IMG/VR virus record: IMGVR_UViG_3300012890_000085
Coordinates: 1-38,386 of that record
Source of the DNA: a virus
Lineage: Duplodnaviria; Caudoviricetes
Reading direction: 5' to 3' (one strand)
Length of the DNA: 38,386 nt
This document shows positions 1 through 8,017 of the stretch, piece after piece. Below the pieces are notes generated by a model. The model was not told the DNA's origin. It made no database searches and saw nothing but the letters and a program-made list of their open reading frames with translations. Numbering within the stretch: position 1 is the first letter of the stretch; each line of letters begins with the position of its first letter. The position numbers and the translations under genes were made by a program.

Positions 1-87
1 GTGGAAATTAAAATGACGAGTTCAGAGTAAGCTAACCGATTTTTGCTTCCCAGGGTTGTGCGGCGCGGCGTAAAATAGCCCGCCAGG

Positions 88-119
88 TTTGGCTGCGTCC
101 GCTTTTGTGGTTACTTTTG
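88..119 (+). promoter_or_regulatory. Bacteroidota housekeeping-sigma promoter of the tRNA
   Basis: TTTG (88-91), 20 nt, then TACTTTTG (112-119) matches the -33 TTTG / -7 TAnnTTTG consensus; 13 nt upstream of the tRNA. Confidence 0.8.
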
Positions 120-132
120 CAGCCCCGCACCG

Positions 133-204
133 GGTCTCGTAGTACAACGGATAGTATAGGAGCCTCCGAAGCTCTAGATTTAGGTTCGATTCCTAACGAG
201 ACCA
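133..204 (+). tRNA. tRNA-Arg (anticodon CCG), probable prophage integration target
   Basis: Acceptor stem GGTCTCG/CGAGACC, anticodon arm GGAGC-CT-CCG-AA-GCTCT, T-arm TTAGG-TTCGATT-CCTAA, discriminator A204, CCA not encoded. Confidence 0.95.
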
Positions 205-206
205 CT

Positions 207-240
207 AAAAATGCCCTCACGCTATCGTGAGGGCATTTTT
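207..240. terminator. Bidirectional intrinsic terminator between the tRNA and the convergent tape measure gene
   Basis: AAAAATGCCCTCACG-CTAT-CGTGAGGGCATTTTT perfect inverted repeat with A and T tails. Confidence 0.9.
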
Positions 241-249
241 TATTTTAAC

Positions 250-272
250 TGGGGCAGTTTGTGGGGCAGTTT
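250..272. repeat. Tandem 11-bp direct repeat, candidate integrase arm-type binding sites
   Basis: TGGGGCAGTTT at 250-260 and 262-272, about 50 bp from the tRNA 3' end. Confidence 0.6.
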
Positions 273-3200
273 TTAGTTGGTAGCCCCTTGGTGGCGGTCC
301 TCAGCCAGCTCCTTTAGCCCCTGCTCTACCTGCATGGTATCTTCCTGGCCCCAGAGAATATGCTGCCGGCTGGGTAGGGCGCGCACGGCATTTTCTACCC
401 GATTTACAGCCTGCACCAGCTGCTGGCTGTCGGCCGGGGCCGTAGTGGCGCCGCTGGGGGCCGCGCCGGGCGTGGCGAAGGTGCCCCCGGCCTCGAAGTA
501 GCCGGGGGGACGGCGTACGGGTGCCCCGCCGCGGTAGAGGCTCGTATCAATCAGCTCATCGACCAGGTGCTTGTTGTTGGCGTAGGTGTCGCGGGAGAGA
601 ATCATGTACGCCTCGCCCCGCTCCCACTCGCCCAGGTGCTCGCCCGTGGCCCCGTCCACCATGCGGATGCCCCCGCCGCTGTGGCGCTGCCCCACGTCGG
701 CCACGCCAGCTTTGGCGTTGATGCGCCCGCCCCGGGCGTACTGCTTTAGCCCCTGCCCGACGCGGCTGAAGAAACCGCCCTTCTCGAACTCGGGGATGGG
801 CGTGGCAATGATTTTAGCCACCCCGGCCGCTGCCGTCACGCCGGCCGCAATCATGAGCGGCACGTTGGGCGAGGCTTTAATCACCGACAGGGCGCCGGCA
901 ATCACGGCCTGGGCTACGTTAAACTCCTTTTCCTTCTCGGCCGCCCGCTTCTTCACCTGCCGGGTCTGCTCGTCGTAATTGGCCTCAATACTAGCCTTCT
1001 GCGCCTCGTACTGGTCTTTGCTGATGGTGCCGGCCTTGTATTCGGCATCCAGCTTGGTCAGGCGGGCCTTCTTATCCTTGTCCAATTTGGCCAGCTGCTT
1101 ATCACTGGCAATTTTCTCGAAGTCGGCCACGGTGCTCAGCGTCGTGCTCACCAGCTGGGTGCCAAACTCGGCCCCGGCCTTCTCGCGCTCCTGCCGGCGG
1201 TCGTTGTACTCGTTTTCCAAATCCTCCTTGTCCTGCAAGTACTTGCGCGAAATAGCCAGCTTTTGCTCCGTATTGAGCCCTTCCTGAAAATATTCGGCCG
1301 TGTACTGCTGTTCGAGCTGAGCCTTGCGCACGGCCTGCTCTTCGGCGTCAGCCTGGGCCCGCTGCTCGCTCCACTCGTTGGAGAACTGCCGGCGCCGGTC
1401 GAGGCGGCGCAGGGCAATATCGGCGTCGATGGCCAGGATGCGGTCGGCAATTTCCTGCTCGTGGGCCACCCGCTCCCGGGAGAGCAGCCCTAAATCCTGC
1501 TGCAACTTGGCCTCGATGAGCCGGCGCTTCTCGGCCCCCTGGGTGTCGGTTTCCAGAATCTGGAGTTTCTCGGCTTTGGCGGCGGTTTGCAAATCGGCGG
1601 CGCGGCGCTCGAACTCGTTTACAATAAGGGCGTTGGTGCGCTTTTCAATATCCAGCTCGGCCTCCTGCTGCTTGAGGGCCTGCTTCATTCGCTCGGCCTC
1701 AATGTCAACCGCCAGCTTGTCGTCGATAAGCCGGCGCTGCTCGGCAATCTGCTCGGCTGTGCCCTTGGCCGTGGCCTTCTCCTTGTCGGCGGCAGCCAGC
1801 AGTTGCTGTACCTTTTTCTCGGTTTCATCGGCCAGCAGCCCGGCCTTGAGGTCGGAAATCTTCTTGGCGACTTCTGCCTGCTCGGCCGCCGCTTTTTTGG
1901 CCGCGTCCGCCTGCTTTTTCTCGTATTCTTCGTCCAGCTTGCGCAGGGCGGCCACGGCATCGGCCCGAAGCACCTTGCGCTCCGAGGCCGATTTCTTCTC
2001 GTCGGCCAATTCGATGTCCCGCTTGGCGGCCACTTCCAGCTTTTTGAGGCGTAATTCCTCGGCCGAGCCACTGGCCACCAGGGCCAGGGCCGCGCGAATG
2101 TTGGCCTCCCGGTCCTTGAGTTGCTCCAGGCCCAGCTTTTTAGCCGCGTCGGCCGCCTGCTTGAGCTTGGCGGCGGCTCCTACCCGCTCGGCCGCCTTGT
2201 CGTAGGAATCGGCAGCGGCCTTGGCATCGGTGGCCGATATGCCCAGCAGGGCCATTTTATCGGTGCTCGCGGCCCGTGTCAGGGCACCTTTCAAGTTTTG
2301 CCCTATCTCGGTGCCCGTCTTCTTAACGGCATCTACCAGCCCCTGCGCACCCTCGTTCAGGCCCTGCTTGATAAGGCCGAAATCCAGCGTAAACGTGCCC
2401 TTGATGATCTTACCCGCCGCTATCAGGTCTGTCACCAAGAAGCCGAGCGTGCCCTTTATCAGGGCAAAGGCATTCTGAAAACCCAGGGCCAGGCTCTGCA
2501 CTACGACGCGCACGGCCAGCGACTGATTGTAGAGGTCGAGGAAGTAGTTAAGAAACTCGTTTAGCGGCGCTTTCGAGTTTTTGAGAAAGTCCAGAAACTG
2601 CCCGGCCGCGCTCAGCAGCAGTACGAAGGCCGGGCGCAGGCCCTTGCCGACGGATACTTCCAATTGGTCTACCGTGTCGCCCAGGTTAGAGGTTTGCCCA
2701 TCCAGCGTGGCCGAAATGGAAGCGGTAGAATCCATTACTCCATTGAGTTGCCCAAAGCCCACCAAGGCGGCATTGATGGCCGTAGGCGTGTTTTCGACCG
2801 TCTTGGTAACGCCCTTGAACGACAAGCTCACCTGGTCGCCCGACTTGCTGGCCTGGATACCAAACTCCTTCAACCGCTCAAACTCGCCGGTGCCTGCGTC
2901 AAGCACCGCCTCCGTGAGCTGGTCGAAGCTCTTGCCCTGCGAGGCGGCCACATCGGCCAGACTCAGCATCTCGGCCCGCGTGGGCACGATGCCCCGGTTG
3001 ACAAACTTGACGTAGCTGGCCGTCAGCTCGTCCACCGAGAACGGGGTTTTGGCCGCTAGGTCCGCAATCTGGCTCATGGCGTACTGCGCGGCTGATTTGT
3101 CGCCTAGGGCCGTCGTGAGCACTGCCTCGAACGTTTCAAACTTGGCCGTGGTGGCAAAGATTTCCTTGCCCATTTCTTTTACTCCGTCTACCACGGCTTC

Positions 3201-3656
3201 TACCCCCAGCTGGATACCGGCAAAGCCCACGGCCTTTTTAATGAAGTCGCCAAAGCCGCCGCCCGCGCTGCCCAATTCCTCCTTTACGCCCTTGGCATCG
3301 GCGCGCAGCTGCTCCAGCCGGGTGTTGACGCCAGCCAGCTCCTGGGCCTTGCTGGCAAACGAGGCCGTGTTGGGCGTGAGCTGGGCCAGCTCGCGGTTGA
3401 GCTGGCCGGCCATCGTTCTGAGTTGCCCACTGGTGAGCGAAGTCAGGCCGATTTCATCCCGTAGCTCCCGCATGCGGGTGTTGACCTGGCTTAGCTCCCG
3501 ATTGGCCGCCACGTACTCTTCCGAGCCCTTTTTCATGCCCTTGAGGCCCTGTTGAAGCAGGTCAGCCTTGCGGGTGAGGTTGTCTAGCTCGGTGCGCGAC
3601 TGCGAGCCGTCGATTTCGAGCTTTATCTGGACGTTATCCTGTCTTACCTGTGCCAT
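273..3656 (-). CDS. Tail tape measure protein (1127 aa)
   Basis: Long Ala/Lys/Glu-rich helical protein with tape-measure segment (KTPFSVDEL...FDQLTEAVLDAGTGEFERLKEFGI) and hydrophobic stretches. Confidence 0.9.
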   Translation of the reverse strand: MAQVRQDNVQIKLEIDGSQSRTELDNLTRKADLLQQGLKGMKKGSEEYVAANRELSQVNTRMRELRDEIGLTSLTSGQLRTMAGQLNRELAQLTPNTASFASKAQELAGVNTRLEQLRADAKGVKEELGSAGGGFGDFIKKAVGFAGIQLGVEAVVDGVKEMGKEIFATTAKFETFEAVLTTALGDKSAAQYAMSQIADLAAKTPFSVDELTASYVKFVNRGIVPTRAEMLSLADVAASQGKSFDQLTEAVLDAGTGEFERLKEFGIQASKSGDQVSLSFKGVTKTVENTPTAINAALVGFGQLNGVMDSTASISATLDGQTSNLGDTVDQLEVSVGKGLRPAFVLLLSAAGQFLDFLKNSKAPLNEFLNYFLDLYNQSLAVRVVVQSLALGFQNAFALIKGTLGFLVTDLIAAGKIIKGTFTLDFGLIKQGLNEGAQGLVDAVKKTGTEIGQNLKGALTRAASTDKMALLGISATDAKAAADSYDKAAERVGAAAKLKQAADAAKKLGLEQLKDREANIRAALALVASGSAEELRLKKLEVAAKRDIELADEKKSASERKVLRADAVAALRKLDEEYEKKQADAAKKAAAEQAEVAKKISDLKAGLLADETEKKVQQLLAAADKEKATAKGTAEQIAEQRRLIDDKLAVDIEAERMKQALKQQEAELDIEKRTNALIVNEFERRAADLQTAAKAEKLQILETDTQGAEKRRLIEAKLQQDLGLLSRERVAHEQEIADRILAIDADIALRRLDRRRQFSNEWSEQRAQADAEEQAVRKAQLEQQYTAEYFQEGLNTEQKLAISRKYLQDKEDLENEYNDRRQEREKAGAEFGTQLVSTTLSTVADFEKIASDKQLAKLDKDKKARLTKLDAEYKAGTISKDQYEAQKASIEANYDEQTRQVKKRAAEKEKEFNVAQAVIAGALSVIKASPNVPLMIAAGVTAAAGVAKIIATPIPEFEKGGFFSRVGQGLKQYARGGRINAKAGVADVGQRHSGGGIRMVDGATGEHLGEWERGEAYMILSRDTYANNKHLVDELIDTSLYRGGAPVRRPPGYFEAGGTFATPGAAPSGATTAPADSQQLVQAVNRVENAVRALPSRQHILWGQEDTMQVEQGLKELAEDRHQGATN

Positions 3657-3659
3657 AAA

Positions 3660-4190
3660 TCAGATTTTGAGGCTGGCGGCCAGGTGCGTACCCGTGGCGG
3701 CCAGGTAGCGGTCGGTGACCGCGTTGATGAAGCTGTTGATGCTGCTGTAGAAGGTTTTGGCAAACCACGACTTGGGTTTCACCTGGTCTTTGTCGCGCAG
3801 GCTGGCGCGGGCAATACCCCAGGCGATGCGGTTAATGGCCGTTTTCGAGGCTAGCGGAAACTGTCCATACTTGTAGCCCGGCACGTATTGGAAGTGACTG
3901 ACGCCGACCTTTTTGACGAAGGCTTCGATTTCCTCAATCGGCGGGGCCTTGGTGCGGCTCAGGCCCTTCATGTCCTTGATGCGGCCGTACTGCTCGAACT
4001 GGATGCCCATCGTGGCCACGTGCTGGGCACTGGCGGCCAGCACCTGCGTCCGGAGCGAGTTAAGCAGCTCCTGCGTCAGCACCAGGCCCTTCGCCTGGAT
4101 GGCCTGCGTGAGCAGTTCCAGGGCGCGCTGGGCGTAGTCGCCCAATTCCTCGTCGAGGATGCGCTTAAAATCGTCTTGGTAGTCTGCCAT
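3660..4190 (-). CDS. Phage virion morphogenesis protein (neck/tail-completion-like, hypothetical)
   Basis: 176 aa, directly upstream of the tape measure gene; basic C-terminal KPKSWFAKTFY segment typical of such proteins; own late-promoter motif. Confidence 0.6.
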   Translation of the reverse strand: MADYQDDFKRILDEELGDYAQRALELLTQAIQAKGLVLTQELLNSLRTQVLAASAQHVATMGIQFEQYGRIKDMKGLSRTKAPPIEEIEAFVKKVGVSHFQYVPGYKYGQFPLASKTAINRIAWGIARASLRDKDQVKPKSWFAKTFYSSINSFINAVTDRYLAATGTHLAASLKI

Positions 4191-4195
4191 GCTCC

Positions 4196-4230
4196 CAAGA
4201 TGGTGAAATGGCCAGCCGGGGCGTAGGACG
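4196..4230 (-). promoter_or_regulatory. Late-promoter motif copy 1
   Basis: Minus strand CGTCCTA-N21-CATCTTG, 5 nt before ATG 4190. Confidence 0.75.
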
Positions 4231-4319
4231 AAAAAGGCCGGCTACGTAGCCGGCCAATAGTGCCACCCCTTTATATTTGCAGCCTTGCGGTGTCTGAAGG
4301 GCCCGATAAGTAATCAGCT

Positions 4320-4352
4320 AAAAAGCCGGCACTACTAGCGCCGGCTTTTTTT
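4320..4352. terminator. Bidirectional intrinsic terminator
   Basis: AAAAAGCCGGC-N9-GCCGGCTTTTTTT. Confidence 0.85.
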
Positions 4353-4360
4353 AGTGTAAC

Positions 4361-4888
4361 TCAGCTTAAGCGCCAGCGCAGTAGCTGCCGCACCGGGGCG
4401 ACTTTGGCCGAGAACAGCTCCCAGCCCACGGCCCCCAGCACGGCCACGACCAGGTACACCCACCAGGCCGGGCCGCTGCTCGTGGCCGTGGCCACCGCCC
4501 CCGGCCCCACGGCCGAGGCCCCGTGGCCCTTGCCGGCCTTGCGCGCATCGGTGGCCACGCTGCCGGCACCGGCGGCCACCGACGAGGCCGGCCGGGTGAT
4601 GGCCACCGCGCCCGGGGCCGTGGCCACGCTGCTATTTTTGACTTTGGTGGGCAGCACCCCGGCGCGGGCCAGGTTCTGGGCCTGGGCCCGCTGCCACTGC
4701 CGGCGCTGCCGGGGCGTAGAGCCGGCCGGGGCGGGCACCAGGTACGGGGGCAGGCCCAGGGCTACCGAGTCGGGCCGCGCCAGTTGGGCCGTCGTCGCCG
4801 GCAGCGCAGTGGCTGGGGCCGGGCGGGCCGTGGTACAGCTGGCCAACAGGTTGAGCCCGGCGAGCAGCTGTAAATATTTTATTTTCAT
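4361..4888 (-). CDS. Lipoprotein with C-terminal TM helix, unimolecular-spanin-like
   Basis: Signal peptide with lipobox LLASC; C-terminal WWVYLVVAVLGAVGW TM followed by basic tail; lies in lysis cluster. Confidence 0.65.
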   Translation of the reverse strand: MKIKYLQLLAGLNLLASCTTARPAPATALPATTAQLARPDSVALGLPPYLVPAPAGSTPRQRRQWQRAQAQNLARAGVLPTKVKNSSVATAPGAVAITRPASSVAAGAGSVATDARKAGKGHGASAVGPGAVATATSSGPAWWVYLVVAVLGAVGWELFSAKVAPVRQLLRWRLS

Positions 4889-4909
4889 ATCTTTAAACGC
4901 AAATTAACA

Positions 4910-5380
4910 TTAGCGCTTCTTTCTCTTGCGCTCATTTCTACAAAGCCGACATTGTCGAGTAGCTACCCCTTTTATCAAGTTTTCGTCGCTTAGAATATGG
5001 CCACGCTTACAGTGCGTTTTGGGCCGACCTGTCGGAACATTACGGCCCAGGTTTGAGCGGCCTTTTTGCACCATGTCTTCCGAATTCTGTTTCGGTGTGC
5101 CCAAAAACAAGTGGGCGGGATTCACGCAAGCGCGATTATCACAGGTATGGCATACCAGTAAACCAGCGGGTATTGGCCCATAGGCAAGCTCGTAGCTCAC
5201 CCGGTGGGCGCGCACTGCCTGCGCGCCCACTATGCAAAAAACTCCGTATCCACGATGCTTGAGTTTAGCTGCCTGCCACTCCCAGCATCCACCCTCTGTT
5301 TTCTGCACTTTTAACCAGAACCGTTCAGCCCAAGCAGGCTCCTGCTGTTCAGTGCTATGTTTAATTGAAGAATCTGACAT
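4910..5380 (-). CDS. HNH endonuclease (free-standing homing type) with C-terminal Zn-binding module
   Basis: CWEW...GYG...AHRVSY...[16 protein letters not shown]...N motif; KTHCKRGH...RQCRLC tail. Confidence 0.9.
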   Translation of the reverse strand: MSDSSIKHSTEQQEPAWAERFWLKVQKTEGGCWEWQAAKLKHRGYGVFCIVGAQAVRAHRVSYELAYGPIPAGLLVCHTCDNRACVNPAHLFLGTPKQNSEDMVQKGRSNLGRNVPTGRPKTHCKRGHILSDENLIKGVATRQCRLCRNERKRKKR

Positions 5381-5386
5381 AGTAGG

Positions 5387-5857
5387 CTAGTTGTCTAGGA
5401 GTGCGCTAAACCCTTGTTTCTGCGTCGGAATTCGGCCCAGGTTTTCGAGCAGGGCCAAATAGCTGTGCCCCAGCCACTGTAAGCGGCTACCCGGCATCCG
5501 GCTGGCACTGGCCATGAGCGAGGAGAGAAGGCGTTTCTGCCATTTATCGAGTAGTCGGCACTGCAAGAGCGCCTCCATCTCGGCCAATTGCGCCGTTTCA
5601 CTCACGCACACAGCTTGCTGGTCGGCATCGATAGCGGCCAGATTACGGGCCAGGAAGCCGCGTTTGGCATCCTGAAACCGGACATTGCGCAGCCACCGGG
5701 CCAGGCGTTCGGTGTCCTCGCATTCGTGGGTGAGGTGGTTAGCTAACAACTGCTCTTCCTCTGTGAAGAGGGGGTTGCCGAATAGTACGGCGAGGATAGC
5801 TTGGCGTAGTTCGCCCAGGCTTAGGGGCGTGATGCTCCCGCTTACATGCGATTCCAT
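5387..5857 (-). CDS. Hypothetical helical protein (156 aa; start revised to ATG 5857)
   Basis: ATG preceded by A-rich ACAAAATTAC; the upstream part of the ORF-track call is a structured leader. Confidence 0.6.
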   Translation of the reverse strand: MESHVSGSITPLSLGELRQAILAVLFGNPLFTEEEQLLANHLTHECEDTERLARWLRNVRFQDAKRGFLARNLAAIDADQQAVCVSETAQLAEMEALLQCRLLDKWQKRLLSSLMASASRMPGSRLQWLGHSYLALLENLGRIPTQKQGFSALLDN

Positions 5858-5875
5858 GTAATTTTGTGGTGGATA

Positions 5876-6001
5876 GGGTTGTGACGACCCAACCAGTAGC
5901 CCTGCGCAAACAGGTGCTATATAGGAGGTCACCCCCTGCAAGGGGTGGCCTCTTTTGCTTGCTAATGGCTGGGTGTTCCTACTTGGAACATGACGAAGGT
6001 A
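5876..6001 (-). ncRNA. Promoter (TACCTTCG 6001-5994) and multi-stem structured 5' leader
   Basis: Outer stem 5887-5895/5966-5974 enclosing hairpins 5897-5919 and 5925-5952; 5' hairpin 5974-5990. Confidence 0.55.
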
Positions 6002-6086
6002 CGCAATTTTCTTACACAATAAAATAGGCTAGGAAATTATTTTTCTTGAATAAGAAATTAGTTGGGTTTCCGTAGCTTTGCACATT

Positions 6087-6263
6087 ATGGAAGCCCCTAA
6101 TAAGCCCGGCGCTGGCCGCCCCACTAAAGCACCTGAACGCCTAAAAAAAGGCCGTTCTCTTTCTTTCACCGATGCTGAATATGAGAAGCTGGGTAAGCTG
6201 GCAACTGCCGCTAGGCTCGGCCGGTCAGAGTACATTGTAGCTAAGTTGGGTCTCGACAAATAG
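6087..6263 (+). CDS. Small ribbon-helix-helix (CopG/MobA-like) DNA-binding protein
   Basis: GAGRP...SLSFTDAEYEKL...AARLGRSEYI pattern; TAGCTTTG -7 box at 6073-6080 just upstream. Confidence 0.75.
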   Translation: MEAPNKPGAGRPTKAPERLKKGRSLSFTDAEYEKLGKLATAARLGRSEYIVAKLGLDK

Positions 6264-6270
6264 CCTTCCC

Positions 6271-6738
6271 TTACTTCTGTAAGTAAAGCGCAGCTTCACG
6301 AGCACGTCTAGTAGTGAGCGCTTGACTGATTTCTTTAACTCTCGTCTTTGGATTTGTAATCCGACACCAGAGCCCGAAGGCGCGGCGTATCACCTCCGGC
6401 GAGGTGGTGCCGGCGTTGGCCAGGGCCAGCACGCTCGATTGGTCGAAGCCCCCGGTGCCGATGTTGAAGCACAGCGACACCAGGGCATCAAACTGGTTCT
6501 GGGTCACGTCGCGGTGCAGGCGGGCCGCCACGTGGGCGCCGTAGTGCTTGTTGACGTCGGCCAGCAGCAGGGCGCTGGCCTCGGCCTCGCTGAGCGTGGC
6601 CGTGTGATAGCGGGCCTCGCTGGGCTGAATCACGTGGCCGTAGCCGATGGTGGGCTTGCCGGCCGCACACAGGTACTTGCGGGGCATAAACCGCTCCTCG
6701 CGCTTAATCAGGGCTAGCCCTGCTTCCGAAATTCTCAT
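6271..6738 (-). CDS. Phage lysozyme (GH24 endolysin)
   Basis: GLALIKREE...Y.C.AGKPTIGYGH, QNQFDALVSL.FNIG and RRAREAALY motifs. Confidence 0.93.
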   Translation of the reverse strand: MRISEAGLALIKREERFMPRKYLCAAGKPTIGYGHVIQPSEARYHTATLSEAEASALLLADVNKHYGAHVAARLHRDVTQNQFDALVSLCFNIGTGGFDQSSVLALANAGTTSPEVIRRAFGLWCRITNPKTRVKEISQALTTRRAREAALYLQK

Positions 6739-7541
6739 GCGTCTCTCTCGGCTGCGCGCCGCTGGCGGGCCTCGCGGGCCAGGTTGAACAAAATGGTGTG
6801 TAGGCTCGTGTGGGCGGTGGCCTCGTAGGGGCCGTAGAGGCCGCGCTCGGCCAGGCTGGCCAGCAGTTCCAGTAGCTCGGTACCGTCGCCGGCCTTGGCC
6901 TTGCCCCCAGGGCCGGGCTCGGCCTTCTTGAAAACCTCTTTGAAGGCGGCGTGCAGGAAGCGCTGCGCCGCCAAAAAGTGGTGCAGCACCACGATTTTCA
7001 CGCCCAGCGGGGCATCGGCCAGCTCCAGGGCGCGGGCCTCGGCCAGCTTGGCGTTGTAGCGCTCGCGCCGCTGCCCGTCCCAGGCTGGGTTTTGCTGCAC
7101 CGTGGCCAGGTCGGGGCGCAGCGGCCGGCAGAGCGTGGCCACCAGCTGGTCAAGGGCTTGCGCCCGGGGCCGCTGGGGGTGGGCAAATTGGTGGAAGTAA
7201 ATCTGCGCCATCGCGTATTCGATGAACACGGCGTCGGTGAGCCGGGGCTCGGGCAGGCAGTAGGTGCGGCCCCGGTGCGTGAACTCGGTGACGCCCGCCG
7301 TGTCGAGCGGCTTGTCCCAGGCCCAGCCCACCAGGGCGGCCACGTCGAAGAGCTGCGTTTCGGTGAGCCGGCGCAGGTACTTGGGGCGCAGCTGGGGGCA
7401 CCAGAGGCGCAGCACGGCCACGCGGGCGGCCAGCGAGTGGGTAGCCAGGTGCGGGGCGGCGGCGAAGAACTGGGCCGGCGTTAGCTCGGCCCAGGTCGCG
7501 GGCACCCGGTACGGGCGCCCGTCGAGGCGAAAGGTTAGCAT
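6735..7541 (-). CDS. Hypothetical phage protein (possible tail assembly chaperone)
   Basis: 268 aa, overlaps neighbours; N-terminal VPATWAELT motif seen in tail-chaperone-like proteins. Confidence 0.55.
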   Translation of the reverse strand: MLTFRLDGRPYRVPATWAELTPAQFFAAAPHLATHSLAARVAVLRLWCPQLRPKYLRRLTETQLFDVAALVGWAWDKPLDTAGVTEFTHRGRTYCLPEPRLTDAVFIEYAMAQIYFHQFAHPQRPRAQALDQLVATLCRPLRPDLATVQQNPAWDGQRRERYNAKLAEARALELADAPLGVKIVVLHHFLAAQRFLHAAFKEVFKKAEPGPGGKAKAGDGTELLELLASLAERGLYGPYEATAHTSLHTILFNLAREARQRRAAERDA

Positions 7542-8017
7542 GCGGGGGCGGGTTCGGGGGTGAGCAAGGGGGCGGCCGGCTCGGGGGCGGGCGCCGGCTC
7601 GGGGGCGGCCGGCTCCTGTTCGGCCTGGCGCGTGATGCGGCGTTGCAGGAGGTCGGCCACGTCGCTATCGACCAGGCCCAGCTTGCCGAAGCTGATGATG
7701 AGCCGGCGCAGGTGAATCAGCACGAAGGGGGCCAGCACCAGGGGCGGCAGGAACACCAGGCCCTTCTCGTGCTCGGCAAAGCCGTGGGCGAAGCTCAGCA
7801 GCACAGTGTAGGCCACCAGGCGAAAGGCCAGGTTGCGGGGCACCAAGGGCTTGTGAAGCACGAGGTTGTTGGTGAGCACGTCCAGCACCAGCAGCAGCAG
7901 CAGCAGGTAGTAGGTGTAGGCCGGCGACCAGACGTGGCTTTCCACAAAGCCGCTGACCCCGGCCAGGGTCACGGCGGTTAGCTCCACGGCCTGCACGGTG
8001 ATGTAAAAGCGCAGCAT
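7535..8017 (-). CDS. Holin-like membrane protein
   Basis: Several hydrophobic TM segments (LLLLLLVLDVLT), charged/Pro-rich C-terminus, two genes from the lysozyme. Confidence 0.7.
   Translation of the reverse strand: MLRFYITVQAVELTAVTLAGVSGFVESHVWSPAYTYYLLLLLLVLDVLTNNLVLHKPLVPRNLAFRLVAYTVLLSFAHGFAEHEKGLVFLPPLVLAPFVLIHLRRLIISFGKLGLVDSDVADLLQRRITRQAEQEPAAPEPAPAPEPAAPLLTPEPAPAC

Noticed and set aside
32-220. 62-aa minus-strand ORF
   Set aside because: It is the antisense reading of the tRNA and its promoter.
5858-6019. N-terminal extension of the 210-aa ORF
   Set aside because: Starts upstream of the -7 box and runs through the structured leader; ATG 5857 is the better start.
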